A DNA stretch of 64,000 bases from positions 160,748-224,747 of IMG/VR virus record IMGVR_UViG_3300015261_000002; one strand, written 5' to 3'. The notes under the pieces were generated by a model, which saw only the letters and a program-made list of their open reading frames with translations, did no database searches and was not told where the DNA came from. Position 1 is the stretch's first letter, and each line of letters opens with the position of its first letter. The position numbers and the translations under genes are program-made. Below, piece after piece: positions 30,482 to 39,978 of the stretch.

Positions 30482-30861
30482 TACGTAACCGGTTCCTTTT
30501 CCTCGATTGTCAGCATAACCTGAATGCCTACGTAGGTCGTGCTAACGATCTGGAACATCGCATTCTCGTACGGCTTGAGCTGGAGAATGGCGTCGTGGTA
30601 TTCCGGGATCTTTTCGAACTCGTTGAAGGCCGCAAAGATCTGCTTCGCCATTTCACCGTTGTGCTTGTTCACCTGTTCCGGAGTGGTCAGGTTGGACGGC
30701 ACCTGGAGGTAGTTCGCCACCAGGAACTGCGACTTGTCCACAAACGAATCACCCTGGAGAATTGCGCGGATGCGCTCTTCGATCAGCTTCTGGATGATGT
30801 AGTAGTGCGGCAGCTGGTCAATCCCTGGAGTTGGGATAAAGTGCGCTTTGAGTATGCTCAT
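30481..30861 (-). CDS. Small hypothetical protein (126 aa)
   Basis: Coupled ORF. Confidence 0.5.
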   Translation of the reverse strand: MSILKAHFIPTPGIDQLPHYYIIQKLIEERIRAILQGDSFVDKSQFLVANYLQVPSNLTTPEQVNKHNGEMAKQIFAAFNEFEKIPEYHDAILQLKPYENAMFQIVSTTYVGIQVMLTIEEKEPVT

Positions 30862-31298
30862 GGTTGTCTTCCTCTCACAAGAAGTATGATTTTATCTTTG
30901 AGTTTCAAGCTACTGACCGTGATCTCCTCCATTGCAAGACTGGAGTAGAGCAGGTTAATAGTGTCCTCGTTTTGACTCGCGATTGACTCGAGGTAATTGC
31001 TTACCTGTTGTCCATACAGCATGACGTGCCCGTACGGGTCTTGTTCGAACATCATCCTTTCCTGAGCGGAATACCACCAGGAAACCACTTCCCCGTCGTC
31101 GTTATAAAGACGATCTCGTAAAAGTGAGTAGTACCACTCATCGTCGATCCGAGAATCAACTTCCGTCAAGTTCAGCAGGAAATCAGAGATGGATTCACCA
31201 ACAACGGTACTTACCAGATCCCCGGCCAAACCAAGACCGGGACACTCCAATATCACGGCCTTGGTGACAGTCTTTGTACCACTTGCGTACTTGTGCAT
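30858..31298 (-). CDS. Small acidic hypothetical protein (146 aa)
   Basis: C-terminal SSLKLKDKIILLV. Confidence 0.5.
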   Translation of the reverse strand: MHKYASGTKTVTKAVILECPGLGLAGDLVSTVVGESISDFLLNLTEVDSRIDDEWYYSLLRDRLYNDDGEVVSWWYSAQERMMFEQDPYGHVMLYGQQVSNYLESIASQNEDTINLLYSSLAMEEITVSSLKLKDKIILLVRGRQP

Positions 31299-31332
31299 GT
31301 TAACTGTCCGTTATTAGGGATGCTCACCTATA

Positions 31333-33669
31333 TTAATTGAGCGAGCAGTTAGATTCAATAAGCTTAAAGTCCTTTTCCTTGTTGGCAAAGGCGATACGGC
31401 GTTTCTGGAAACACTCCTGATGTTTACCCAAGTCATTACAGAACGGGAAGACAAACGTTGGCGTAATACGACCGTTGAAGTGAGCGAACTTACCTCGGAA
31501 CTGTCGCAGTCGTCCGATCATCTGTTTGTTCCGCTGAGTCGAGAAGACCGTGTGGAAACAAATGGTCGTAACCAGTCCTGGAATGTCCTTACCCGTACCG
31601 CAACTACCTGGGGTGGTAATAACGATCTCGTGTTCCAGATACTTCGTGGGGGTCTTCTTATCTTTCGTACCGAGGAAGGTACAGAAGTCCAAGTCGGGAT
31701 AAACCTTCTGGAACATCGCCAACATGGTTTCGCACATCTCGATACGCGAGAAGAAGAACAGACACTTGGTACCCTCCTCTCGAGTCGGCGGGATAAAGTT
31801 GTAATCACCCGGCACACCCACCCCGTAGTAATACTCGTCGAACGCCTTTTTAGCGATCTTGAAGTAGAACTCGGTTAAGACAGGACTACGAAGTATGGAC
31901 GCCTCCAACGCCATATCGTTGTAGCTACCGAACTGCATCGTCTTAAGGAAGAACTTCCGCTGACACAAGTGATACATGTAAGCGACGATGTTGATGTAGT
32001 TCTCCGGCTCAGGCTCCTTAAGTCGGATACTGATAGGGAGCATCAGGTTATACATCTTGTTCATGAACGGATCGTCAGCCTTGAGCGTGGCTGTCAGCGT
32101 GACCATCTTCTTGTGGTTGCCGTGGAACATAGACAACGCAACTTCGTGGAACGATTCATGACCCTCGTCCACAATCCGATAGCCCGCATTGATCTGTTCA
32201 AAGATCTTGCTAAGCGACACCGCATGTGGATCCTTGCGGTTGTTACGCAGGTACAGCGAGATCCTGGAGAACGGCACGATAACGATCTTGGGATTGAGCA
32301 ACCCCTTCTCGATGTTCTCGCCGAGTAACGGCAGCGAAGCGTTTTCCCACACAATCACATCGCCTGGTTTGGTGATCAACGTTTTCTCGATGTCATTGAC
32401 CCAGGTGGTGATGTAACGCGGTTGCACCGTGATGAGCACTCGTTTACCCAGCTGTACGGCCGTGTAGAGTCCCATGTAGGTGTTGTGGGTAACGATGTAG
32501 TCCTTTACCACGAAACAGTGGCTAGGGTGCTCTACAGCGATGCACGTTGTCTCGGTAGGTTCCGTCTCAACGATCTGCAAGATCTTTAACGCAAGGTCCC
32601 GATTCTCGGAGTTACGCAGCTTGTCCTGTTTCACCTCATCGGTAAAAAGGATCTCCGGGGTACGGTGGCGAAGGATAACCGAGTTCTTGAACTTCTTGAA
32701 CTTGGCCTCAGCAATACCACCAATGCTCCTGACCAGGTCACGAACCATTTTGGCTGTGATCCCATACTCGGTCTTGAAGACGATCGAACCATCTAGCTGC
32801 GGTTCACCCCCGTTGTCAAGCAACCCTCGCAGTAACGCCATTCGCTGTGAGTGAGAACCCTCCAGGTACTTTTCGCCAAGGATGCGGTCGGTCTTACCGA
32901 TAAGGTAAGGTTCGATGATATCCCCACGATCAGGATTGCGCTCACTGGCAGTCAGGGGAATGTACCAGGTCTTGCCACTGTCCACCATTTGTTGCGTAGT
33001 CAGCACCTGCCATTCAGTCTCACCCTTAGCGCGAACCTCCCACTGGTGATCAGGGCACGCCACAATCACCCTGCCGTCTTCAAACTGCAAACGGTAGGCA
33101 CGGGTCATCCCTTGAGGGAAAACGCCTGTAACGTACGTATGGGAACCGTCAGGGGCCATTACAAGGTCATTAACCTTGATCTGCCCAATAGGTCTCCACC
33201 CGTGGATGGTTCTGACCGGTGTATCGTTAGCCAGAGCCTTACCACCACCTGTAGGGGCGTTGTTAACCTTTACCCCGCCGTCAGCCAGCTGATAATCCAG
33301 CCACTCCACTTGATGGTCTAATGGGGTTGACATTTCAGGCCTGAGTTGGAATTCGCAATCAGCGCCTTCAATCTCAGGTTCTGTTTCAATTGCAATCCGG
33401 GCAGTGTTGTAACCCCGGTATTGTGCGAACTCAATGAATTCCTTCATTAAGGTTGCGGGAATTCGATACTCAGTTTTGTCGTGGTTAGACTGAGCAAACA
33501 CGTGAGTCACTTTCCAAGCCTGTTTGTTTGTACCAGGCACCGGAACCTTGCCAACCTTGTACAGATGAGCACGGCAGAAAGGAATGATAACCCTTGCACA
33601 GAAATCGCCGTAATACCCAAAGATACGTAGGTAGGTGTGACCCATGGATATAGTGGCGGAATGCCTCAT
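31333..33669 (-). CDS. SF2 DEAD/DExH-like helicase (UvsW-like, phiKZ gp75-like), intein-containing; ~526 aa after splicing
   Basis: Walker A APTGGGK|T is split by the intein; Walker B IVDEGHE, motif III TATL, GKDIPGL, motif VI QMIGRLR. Confidence 0.85.
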   Translation of the reverse strand: MRHSATISMGHTYLRIFGYYGDFCARVIIPFCRAHLYKVGKVPVPGTNKQAWKVTHVFAQSNHDKTEYRIPATLMKEFIEFAQYRGYNTARIAIETEPEIEGADCEFQLRPEMSTPLDHQVEWLDYQLADGGVKVNNAPTGGGKALANDTPVRTIHGWRPIGQIKVNDLVMAPDGSHTYVTGVFPQGMTRAYRLQFEDGRVIVACPDHQWEVRAKGETEWQVLTTQQMVDSGKTWYIPLTASERNPDRGDIIEPYLIGKTDRILGEKYLEGSHSQRMALLRGLLDNGGEPQLDGSIVFKTEYGITAKMVRDLVRSIGGIAEAKFKKFKNSVILRHRTPEILFTDEVKQDKLRNSENRDLALKILQIVETEPTETTCIAVEHPSHCFVVKDYIVTHNTYMGLYTAVQLGKRVLITVQPRYITTWVNDIEKTLITKPGDVIVWENASLPLLGENIEKGLLNPKIVIVPFSRISLYLRNNRKDPHAVSLSKIFEQINAGYRIVDEGHESFHEVALSMFHGNHKKMVTLTATLKADDPFMNKMYNLMLPISIRLKEPEPENYINIVAYMYHLCQRKFFLKTMQFGSYNDMALEASILRSPVLTEFYFKIAKKAFDEYYYGVGVPGDYNFIPPTREEGTKCLFFFSRIEMCETMLAMFQKVYPDLDFCTFLGTKDKKTPTKYLEHEIVITTPGSCGTGKDIPGLVTTICFHTVFSTQRNKQMIGRLRQFRGKFAHFNGRITPTFVFPFCNDLGKHQECFQKRRIAFANKEKDFKLIESNCSLN
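32482..33237 (-). mobile_element. Intein (252 aa, Ala1, class-3 type) with a degenerate LAGLIDADG endonuclease remnant
   Basis: Starts ALANDTPVRT after GK and ends YIVTHN before Thr. Block B CPDHQW, block F TTCIAV, endonuclease remnant LLRGLLDNGG. Confidence 0.85.
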
Positions 33670-33686
33670 ACCAAAAGCCTCAAAAA

Positions 33687-33717
33687 CATTAGGAGGGGAC
33701 CGAAGTCCCCCCTAATG
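33687..33717 (-). terminator. Intrinsic terminator with cUUCGg loop
   Basis: Minus strand CATTAGGGGGGAC-TTCG-GTCCCCTCCTAATG followed by TTTTTG. Confidence 0.75.
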
Positions 33718-33730
33718 GGAGGACTCGGAG

Positions 33731-35728
33731 TTATGACACCGCGTGTTGCAGGAAACACTCCAGCACACTTGGTTGGCGGTCTTTGACCACAAAGGTTTTC
33801 GGAAGGTTCAGGATGTTCTGCTGCCGTTCAAAGATCGACATAGTACCCGAACCGCGGTTATCCACGCAGGTTACAAAACTGGAGAAGTACTTATCTCCAG
33901 GACCCGTTGCCAGTTTGTACGAATGCTCGCCTGGGTTCTTGGTCAGCGCACAAGACAGAATGACCTCGACGTAGACCATGTTGATGCCTTTAGTTTCAGC
34001 ATCGATCAACGTCCAGAATTCAGACAGTACTTCGCCAAAGACTTTCGGCGTAACAACTTGTTTCTTCCACGCCGCATTACGTTTGTTAAACGTAAGGAAG
34101 TTTTCCACCCGAGCCCGGTGTGCGTCCAAGTCCTCACGGACATACGGCAGCACGAACATTGGGTCGGCACTGTTCCACTTGGAAAGGTCCACCGAGATGA
34201 ACTTCTTGTCTTGCGTGGTCCAGCCGTTGTCCAGGATATACTGGAGGAACCCCATAGAAAAGCGGGCGCGGCGAGAAGATACGGATGTTTGCGCTGGATG
34301 CTGCTGCGTGGTGGTACCACCCACCATGATGTCTTCCACCTCGTACTGGAAGGTGACTTCACCAAAGTAAGGCAACTTGCTGAGTGCGATCTCGTCCATG
34401 ATGTCCAAGGAACGCAAGTCAGACAAATCTTTCACAATGGTCGACTTAAGAATCAGTCGTGTCCCTTCTTTGCACAGGTCTTTCTCGAGGAAGATTTGGT
34501 CACCGTTCGAACTGATGATCTCCTTGTCTCGTTGATGCGGCACAAATTTCTTACTGGTCGCGTTACGGATGAAGTGTTTGGTCGACAACATTTTCTGACC
34601 CAACGGGTTACAGATCGTGGTGCCCGCAAACATACCGATGTTGGCATCTTTGCGCATCATCCGGTTATACGGCATCGCAGACTTCATCGAGCCGTAACAC
34701 ACACCACACGGTGTACCGGCCGGACTGTTACAGAACGCTACCGTACGCAGGTTAACAATCTCACCTGCTTTGATCGACTTCACGTTCTTCACGCTGATCA
34801 GATCAACTGAGCCGTCGTCCAGGATGCGATACTTGCCAAGCAAGCTCTTAGCCATCTCAGTCGACGAAATGCGCAGAGGAACGGTGTCAAGCGATCCACA
34901 GTCCTGCATGTGACCGATGGAATGGATGATCGCCGTGAACAAGTGAATCTTCCGGTGAAACCATTCCGAGTCCTTCAGTGCGCGGCCGTTACTGTTAAGC
35001 GACTTACCAGCACCCCGGTTGTCACCGATGGCATCCGCCAGGTTGGTGATGCCGTCTGCATAACGCGACATAACCGCGTTTGGCATAATGGTGTTGTCGA
35101 GGTCGAATACTGCCCCTCGAATGATCGCCGTTTGATACGCTTGGTTGATACTCACACCACCCGTACGTGCCAGCAAGGCTACCGTGTTGTAATCCAATGT
35201 CTCGGACGTCTTCAGGTAGACGGAGAAGAGTTCTTCCCCTTCGTCGATCGTGACTTCCTTGTCGAGGACTTTGCGATGGATCTCGCGGATACCCTCGTCC
35301 TCGATCAGGTCGTCTACCGATTCAGCCATAGCTGAGATAACCGACGTCTCACTCATGACAACGATCAAGTTGTTAAGCTTGGTCTGCCACATGTGAATGG
35401 TCATCTTGATAGAGTCCCATTCCATTGGATCATGAATGTTGGGTCCAATCTCACCCATGATCCAGTTCATTGGAATAGCGAGCGTCTTGTTGTTATACAC
35501 GACGCTCTTGCCAGTTGGGATGATCTCCTTGACCGAGTACGGTACGTCGTTATAGACGCGGTGGATCATCATGCCTTGCCAGGTCAGCAGCATGGCATAA
35601 CTGTCGCTCATTACCTTTTCGCCATGGTCATCCGTGACCTCAACGGCCATGCGGAAACCACGCCAACGCAGTACCTGGTGTTCAGGCAGGTTGGCAAACT
35701 CCCGCAGGTTAATTTGCAAGGCCATCAA
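33731..35728 (-). CDS. Non-virion RNA polymerase beta-prime C-terminal subunit (phiKZ gp74-like)
   Basis: Bridge helix NSNGRALKDSEWFHRK, DCGS, zinc motif RTVAFC...PCGVCYG, trigger loop NPLGQKMLSTKH. Confidence 0.85.
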   Translation of the reverse strand: MMALQINLREFANLPEHQVLRWRGFRMAVEVTDDHGEKVMSDSYAMLLTWQGMMIHRVYNDVPYSVKEIIPTGKSVVYNNKTLAIPMNWIMGEIGPNIHDPMEWDSIKMTIHMWQTKLNNLIVVMSETSVISAMAESVDDLIEDEGIREIHRKVLDKEVTIDEGEELFSVYLKTSETLDYNTVALLARTGGVSINQAYQTAIIRGAVFDLDNTIMPNAVMSRYADGITNLADAIGDNRGAGKSLNSNGRALKDSEWFHRKIHLFTAIIHSIGHMQDCGSLDTVPLRISSTEMAKSLLGKYRILDDGSVDLISVKNVKSIKAGEIVNLRTVAFCNSPAGTPCGVCYGSMKSAMPYNRMMRKDANIGMFAGTTICNPLGQKMLSTKHFIRNATSKKFVPHQRDKEIISSNGDQIFLEKDLCKEGTRLILKSTIVKDLSDLRSLDIMDEIALSKLPYFGEVTFQYEVEDIMVGGTTTQQHPAQTSVSSRRARFSMGFLQYILDNGWTTQDKKFISVDLSKWNSADPMFVLPYVREDLDAHRARVENFLTFNKRNAAWKKQVVTPKVFGEVLSEFWTLIDAETKGINMVYVEVILSCALTKNPGEHSYKLATGPGDKYFSSFVTCVDNRGSGTMSIFERQQNILNLPKTFVVKDRQPSVLECFLQHAVS

Positions 35729-38001
35729 ACATTCTCCTTATGCAAATAGTCTTTCTCGAACTCGTCATCAGTACGAAGACCAGCCGGGTTGTTACCCTTG
35801 CCATTTACCGCAGGGTCGTCCATCCGTATACGTGGAATCAGCACATCAGGCGGCTCGTAATCCGAACGGTCACTTGGCAACTCACGACGCAGGGTGTAAC
35901 CCGAATCACTGAGCATGTCGCGTGACATCTGTACAGCACGGTTTAAGCTATATTCCTCTGGCTTGATGATCTGGTTAATATTGAAGCCGTCGTCTGCCCG
36001 GACAACACGCTGAGTCATCCGTGTCCGGAGTTCAGGTGCATAACCCATGGCCAGTTGCTTGACGGTTTCTTTCGTACCCGCTTGACTGAGTGTCAGACGT
36101 GCTTCCGTTTCACCCTTGTTACGGTTCCAGACCATCCGCAGCCAACTGGAATACTTGTTGGCTTCGTTAAGCTTGGCTGGCATGCCGAACGGGTTAGACA
36201 TTGGCAACGACTGAGCCGACATGTCTGTACCGAACTTGTCGAGCAGCATGAAGTGCTGGTTCGTGATCAGTACCGGGTTAACCGACCGCACCATCTCACC
36301 GAGGGAGTCCCGGAAGGTGATGTGTTCAGGTTTATAGCTGTACACCTTACGCAGGGCCTTGATGATCTCAACGCCGTACAGTTTGGTGTCGCTACGCACA
36401 TGCACACTGATCTGAGTGGCCGCGATGTCGTTGACGTACTCGACGATGTCCTCACGGGTTACCATGGTTTGCTGCACCAGCTCTGCGAACTCTGGGAAAC
36501 CAGTCTCGTAGAACAGCATCAGTTTTTCCATAGCCCCGATGTAGTCGCCTTCTTTATGCAACGCCACCACTTCTTTGTGGATGTTGACGTTGATAAAGTT
36601 GATCGACTGTTCCATCAGCATCGAGAAGATCTGACGACGGAAGGCCGGCGTGTTGTTAACCACAACGTCACACACGGTACCGTCATCATAACGAGGTGCG
36701 TCAGCGTCTGGAATGATCCGAACGATTACACCTTTGTCCCCGTTCATACCCGACATCTTGAACTTGGCACGACCCGACACGACTTCACGCAACCGGATAG
36801 TCACACTCCAGTCTTTAACGCGCACACGCTTCACAGCACGGAACAGCGGGTTAGGCTTACCGGTGTTAGCGTTGATCGTGTAGTTACCCTTGGCGAAACG
36901 GATGAACCGGTTCAACGGACGGGTCATGGCGATCGGGTTGCCGCGGTTAGCAGTAACACGACCACTGTGCCAACGGATCACTTCGTTCCACATGTCATTC
37001 TGGCGACGCTCATAGCGTTCCAGCATATTCGTGTGGGCTTGCTTGATATACTCAGTCGAACGGTTATTCGACTTGTTCTTCATACGCTCACTGATCACTT
37101 CAACCGACATGACCTCGGAGTCTACCGGCGCCCTGAACAGGATGTCGTGAGTCTCGTCTGGAATGGTCAAAGCTTTCTTGGTGAGCGACACCAGTGCGTT
37201 GGCAGAGACACGCCGACGGAAACCCATCACAATGCCATCTTCACGAACACGGTCACCACTTTGTGGGAATGGGCTATCTCCGTACAGCGTCAGCGGAACC
37301 CACTCGTCTTCGTTCCAGCCGTGAGCACGTTGGTGTTCGAACATGCAGCGCAGTTTATCGCGTGCACAGCTCTCAGTCACACCAATGCCGTCCTCCTCGG
37401 TATAGTGGAAGGAAGCCGGCGCTACCTTCAGGTCCATACCAAACATCCACTCACCGTCTTTACTGATGCGTGGGGATTTGGCAAAGATCGTGCCTTTAGG
37501 GAACACAGCGCCTTTACGCAGTTTGCGCATGACGTTCATGTCGTACACATACTCGAAGCCGACGTAAGAGTTCTGTACGTTATACCGTGGAAATTCCATG
37601 ATATCGTACTTGCCCTTTTCCTCGTTCCGGAATACGACGTAGACAGGAGCCCACTTATCGGTATCGCCTTCGCCACCGTTGACAGCCTGAGCATAGAAGA
37701 TTTCTTCAATGATCATGTTCGACGGAGCTTCTACACAGCGAGCGCGTTTGGCATATTGGTATTCGTTGCCGGTTTTGAGTTTGCGCTCACTTGCACCCGA
37801 GGTCACTACCGACTTCGGGATCATGTTGCCTACCATGTAGATACGCGTAGGCGACGATACCCATGGGAATACAACCAGGTTTGCACACACGCCCATTACC
37901 GCAGGGTGCAATTGGTTCTCGCCCAGATAAGCCCATTTCTTAAATCGCCCCAATCCAACCTGGGGCACCTCGGAAGGAGAATCTTCGATTACGTCACTCA
38001 C
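35725..38001 (-). CDS. Non-virion RNA polymerase beta subunit (phiKZ gp71-73-like), uninterrupted
   Basis: RpoB motifs SSPTRIYMVGNM, EEDGIGV, KMSGMNGDKGVI, NNTPAFRRQI; GTG start after GGAGA. Confidence 0.85.
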   Translation of the reverse strand: MSDVIEDSPSEVPQVGLGRFKKWAYLGENQLHPAVMGVCANLVVFPWVSSPTRIYMVGNMIPKSVVTSGASERKLKTGNEYQYAKRARCVEAPSNMIIEEIFYAQAVNGGEGDTDKWAPVYVVFRNEEKGKYDIMEFPRYNVQNSYVGFEYVYDMNVMRKLRKGAVFPKGTIFAKSPRISKDGEWMFGMDLKVAPASFHYTEEDGIGVTESCARDKLRCMFEHQRAHGWNEDEWVPLTLYGDSPFPQSGDRVREDGIVMGFRRRVSANALVSLTKKALTIPDETHDILFRAPVDSEVMSVEVISERMKNKSNNRSTEYIKQAHTNMLERYERRQNDMWNEVIRWHSGRVTANRGNPIAMTRPLNRFIRFAKGNYTINANTGKPNPLFRAVKRVRVKDWSVTIRLREVVSGRAKFKMSGMNGDKGVIVRIIPDADAPRYDDGTVCDVVVNNTPAFRRQIFSMLMEQSINFINVNIHKEVVALHKEGDYIGAMEKLMLFYETGFPEFAELVQQTMVTREDIVEYVNDIAATQISVHVRSDTKLYGVEIIKALRKVYSYKPEHITFRDSLGEMVRSVNPVLITNQHFMLLDKFGTDMSAQSLPMSNPFGMPAKLNEANKYSSWLRMVWNRNKGETEARLTLSQAGTKETVKQLAMGYAPELRTRMTQRVVRADDGFNINQIIKPEEYSLNRAVQMSRDMLSDSGYTLRRELPSDRSDYEPPDVLIPRIRMDDPAVNGKGNNPAGLRTDDEFEKDYLHKENV

Positions 38002-38047
38002 AATGTTTTCTCCTATTATCTTAAACTTGGTACTGCCTATCTCAAAG

Positions 38048-38068
38048 ATGATATAGGTTTAAGTTTTA
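38048..38068 (-). promoter_or_regulatory. Candidate phage promoter (weaker match to the repeated motif)
   Basis: TAAAACTTAAACCTATATCAT, 47 nt upstream of the nvRNAP beta gene. Confidence 0.4.
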
Positions 38069-38138
38069 TTAGGGTTGCCATATCGCTTATAGCAATAAAG
38101 GATGGGGCGGCCAGTTAACAATTAGCTTGGAGAGGACA

Positions 38139-38468
38139 ATGCCAATTCCAAACTCTGAATCAGACAACGGTAAAGACATCTATTACACCGAAGGTTTCAA
38201 GACCTTGGTGCGGTCTCAGAAAGAAATCTTGTTGCGCGGTTCTCAGCTGATGCCCATTGTGGACCGGGCCATGTTGTACGCATTCCGCACTGACTTCTAT
38301 CGCGTACTGCGTGTCATGAAGATTCCCGCTCACTTACGTTGGGCTACCGCATACATCAACGACGTCCTTGACCCCAATCAGGATGTGTCTGATATGCAAT
38401 CGTTTCAGATGATCAACGAGAGCGATTTGAACAAAGCCATATCCCGCAGTGATACTGTCAAAGGCTAA
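38139..38468 (+). CDS. Small protein, possibly baseplate wedge gp53/LysM-like
   Basis: GGAGAGG RBS. LRWATAYINDVLDP resembles the W-x5-N-x3-DP pattern of gp53/P2-X type proteins (weak). Confidence 0.4.
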   Translation: MPIPNSESDNGKDIYYTEGFKTLVRSQKEILLRGSQLMPIVDRAMLYAFRTDFYRVLRVMKIPAHLRWATAYINDVLDPNQDVSDMQSFQMINESDLNKAISRSDTVKG

Positions 38469-38480
38469 AAAAGAAAGGTA

Positions 38481-38510
38481 TAGCAGGTTGGGGATATCCC
38501 CAACCTGCTA
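38481..38510. terminator. Perfect 13-bp hairpin followed on the plus strand by TTATGGCTGCT
   Basis: tagcaggttgggg-atat-ccccaacctgcta. Confidence 0.75.
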
Positions 38511-38523
38511 GCCTTATGGCTGC

Positions 38524-39969
38524 TTAGTAAGTCGCTACGGAATAATCCGTAACGCCAGCTTGCGCGCCTTGGCTGGTGCTAGGACGCATCATTTGTTGCA
38601 GCTGTTGCGGCATTACGGTCATACCGTTAGGCAGCACGATCATGCCGTTGGCCAATTGCTGACCACCCATCATGTTCATACCACCCATCATGTTGTTCAT
38701 CATGTTCATGTTGTTCATCATGCTGCTTTCGATACGACGCAACAGGTTGCCGTGTCGAGTGCACTGGTAGATGACCTGGTTGCCGTTGTTGTTTGTAGCG
38801 TAGTGGTTCACGTGACCGTTCATGTAGTCGATCTCGCTCTTGATGTAGTTGTCACCGTATTCCATTGCTGGAACTGTGGTGTCATAGCTACCATCATTGC
38901 TACCTACAACGTTGGCACGGCCGTTGTTATTGTTGCCGTTGTTATTACCGTTGTTGTTTTGGTTGTTGTTATTGTTCTGGTTGCGATTGCCGCTGACCGA
39001 GAACAGGTTGGTGTTGTTGCGCTGATTGTTCTGAACCTGGACTTCTTCGTCCTGGGTGTTGTGGCTGTTGTAATCCAGCGTAGGCACCTGGCGATAGATT
39101 TCCGGCAGCTCTTCCAGACGCTCGTACCAGTTCGTATCGATCGGGTACACACCGGCCTTGTCGAAGTCGGCACGGAAGGTGTTCTGGATACGGTTCAGCT
39201 GTTCAGCCAGTTCGTAGTAGCAACCCAGGTAAGCGCACAGACGTGCACCGACTTGACTGGTCGACTCGATTTCCAGGTCGTCAGGGGTTTCCACGATTGG
39301 CAGAATCTGCTGGAACAGGTGAGCGGCCAGTTTCAGCGCGCCGATGGAAACACTGTAGCCGTTCAGTTCAACGGTCTGGTTGTCGGACTGACCTTCGGAG
39401 CGAGCCAGACGTTTGATGATCTCGTTGTAGAACGGGAACACCGGTTTGGCTTTGTAGTAAACCTTCTCACCGGTTTTACCACGACCGCCGCCCTTGGTCA
39501 CCTTGATGTGCAGGAAACGGTTGTCCACGCCGTTGTCGTTGACTTCTACCTGCATTTGCAGGAAGAGTTTCTTCAACTCGTCACGGAAGGCGCGCTTGGC
39601 CGACTTCAGAGGCTCGAGCATGTCGAGGATGTTCTGACGCCAGGCTTGCTTGGCCGTCTTGCTGGCCACGCCGAACATGATCGGAACGTACTCGGAGAAC
39701 GTGTTCATGAGCTTCAGTGTCGACAGGCGACGAATCACCTTGAACACTTCGGTTTCCTTCGAGGTCACGTTCTCGCAGGCCGGGTGGAAGAAGACCTTGT
39801 CGATACAGTTGCCATCCAGCACTTCGGACAGTGGCAGGTGCATGTCCATGTCGTCGATACGAACAGGGATCTCGTCACCATTGATGGATACCACAATGCG
39901 CGCGTCGTCCTTGATAACGCAATCCCAGGCCATCAACATGGCTTTGTACAACTTGTTCAGTTCGTTCAT
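38524..39969 (-). CDS. Conserved core protein (phiKZ gp70 position) with N/Q/M-rich low-complexity C-terminus
   Basis: Synteny between the PicA-like gene and nvRNAP beta; visible NNNNNQNNNG and MMNNMNMMNN tracts. Confidence 0.55.
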   Translation of the reverse strand: MNELNKLYKAMLMAWDCVIKDDARIVVSINGDEIPVRIDDMDMHLPLSEVLDGNCIDKVFFHPACENVTSKETEVFKVIRRLSTLKLMNTFSEYVPIMFGVASKTAKQAWRQNILDMLEPLKSAKRAFRDELKKLFLQMQVEVNDNGVDNRFLHIKVTKGGGRGKTGEKVYYKAKPVFPFYNEIIKRLARSEGQSDNQTVELNGYSVSIGALKLAAHLFQQILPIVETPDDLEIESTSQVGARLCAYLGCYYELAEQLNRIQNTFRADFDKAGVYPIDTNWYERLEELPEIYRQVPTLDYNSHNTQDEEVQVQNNQRNNTNLFSVSGNRNQNNNNNQNNNGNNNGNNNNGRANVVGSNDGSYDTTVPAMEYGDNYIKSEIDYMNGHVNHYATNNNGNQVIYQCTRHGNLLRRIESSMMNNMNMMNNMMGGMNMMGGQQLANGMIVLPNGMTVMPQQLQQMMRPSTSQGAQAGVTDYSVATY

Positions 39970-39978
39970 GACGGATCC

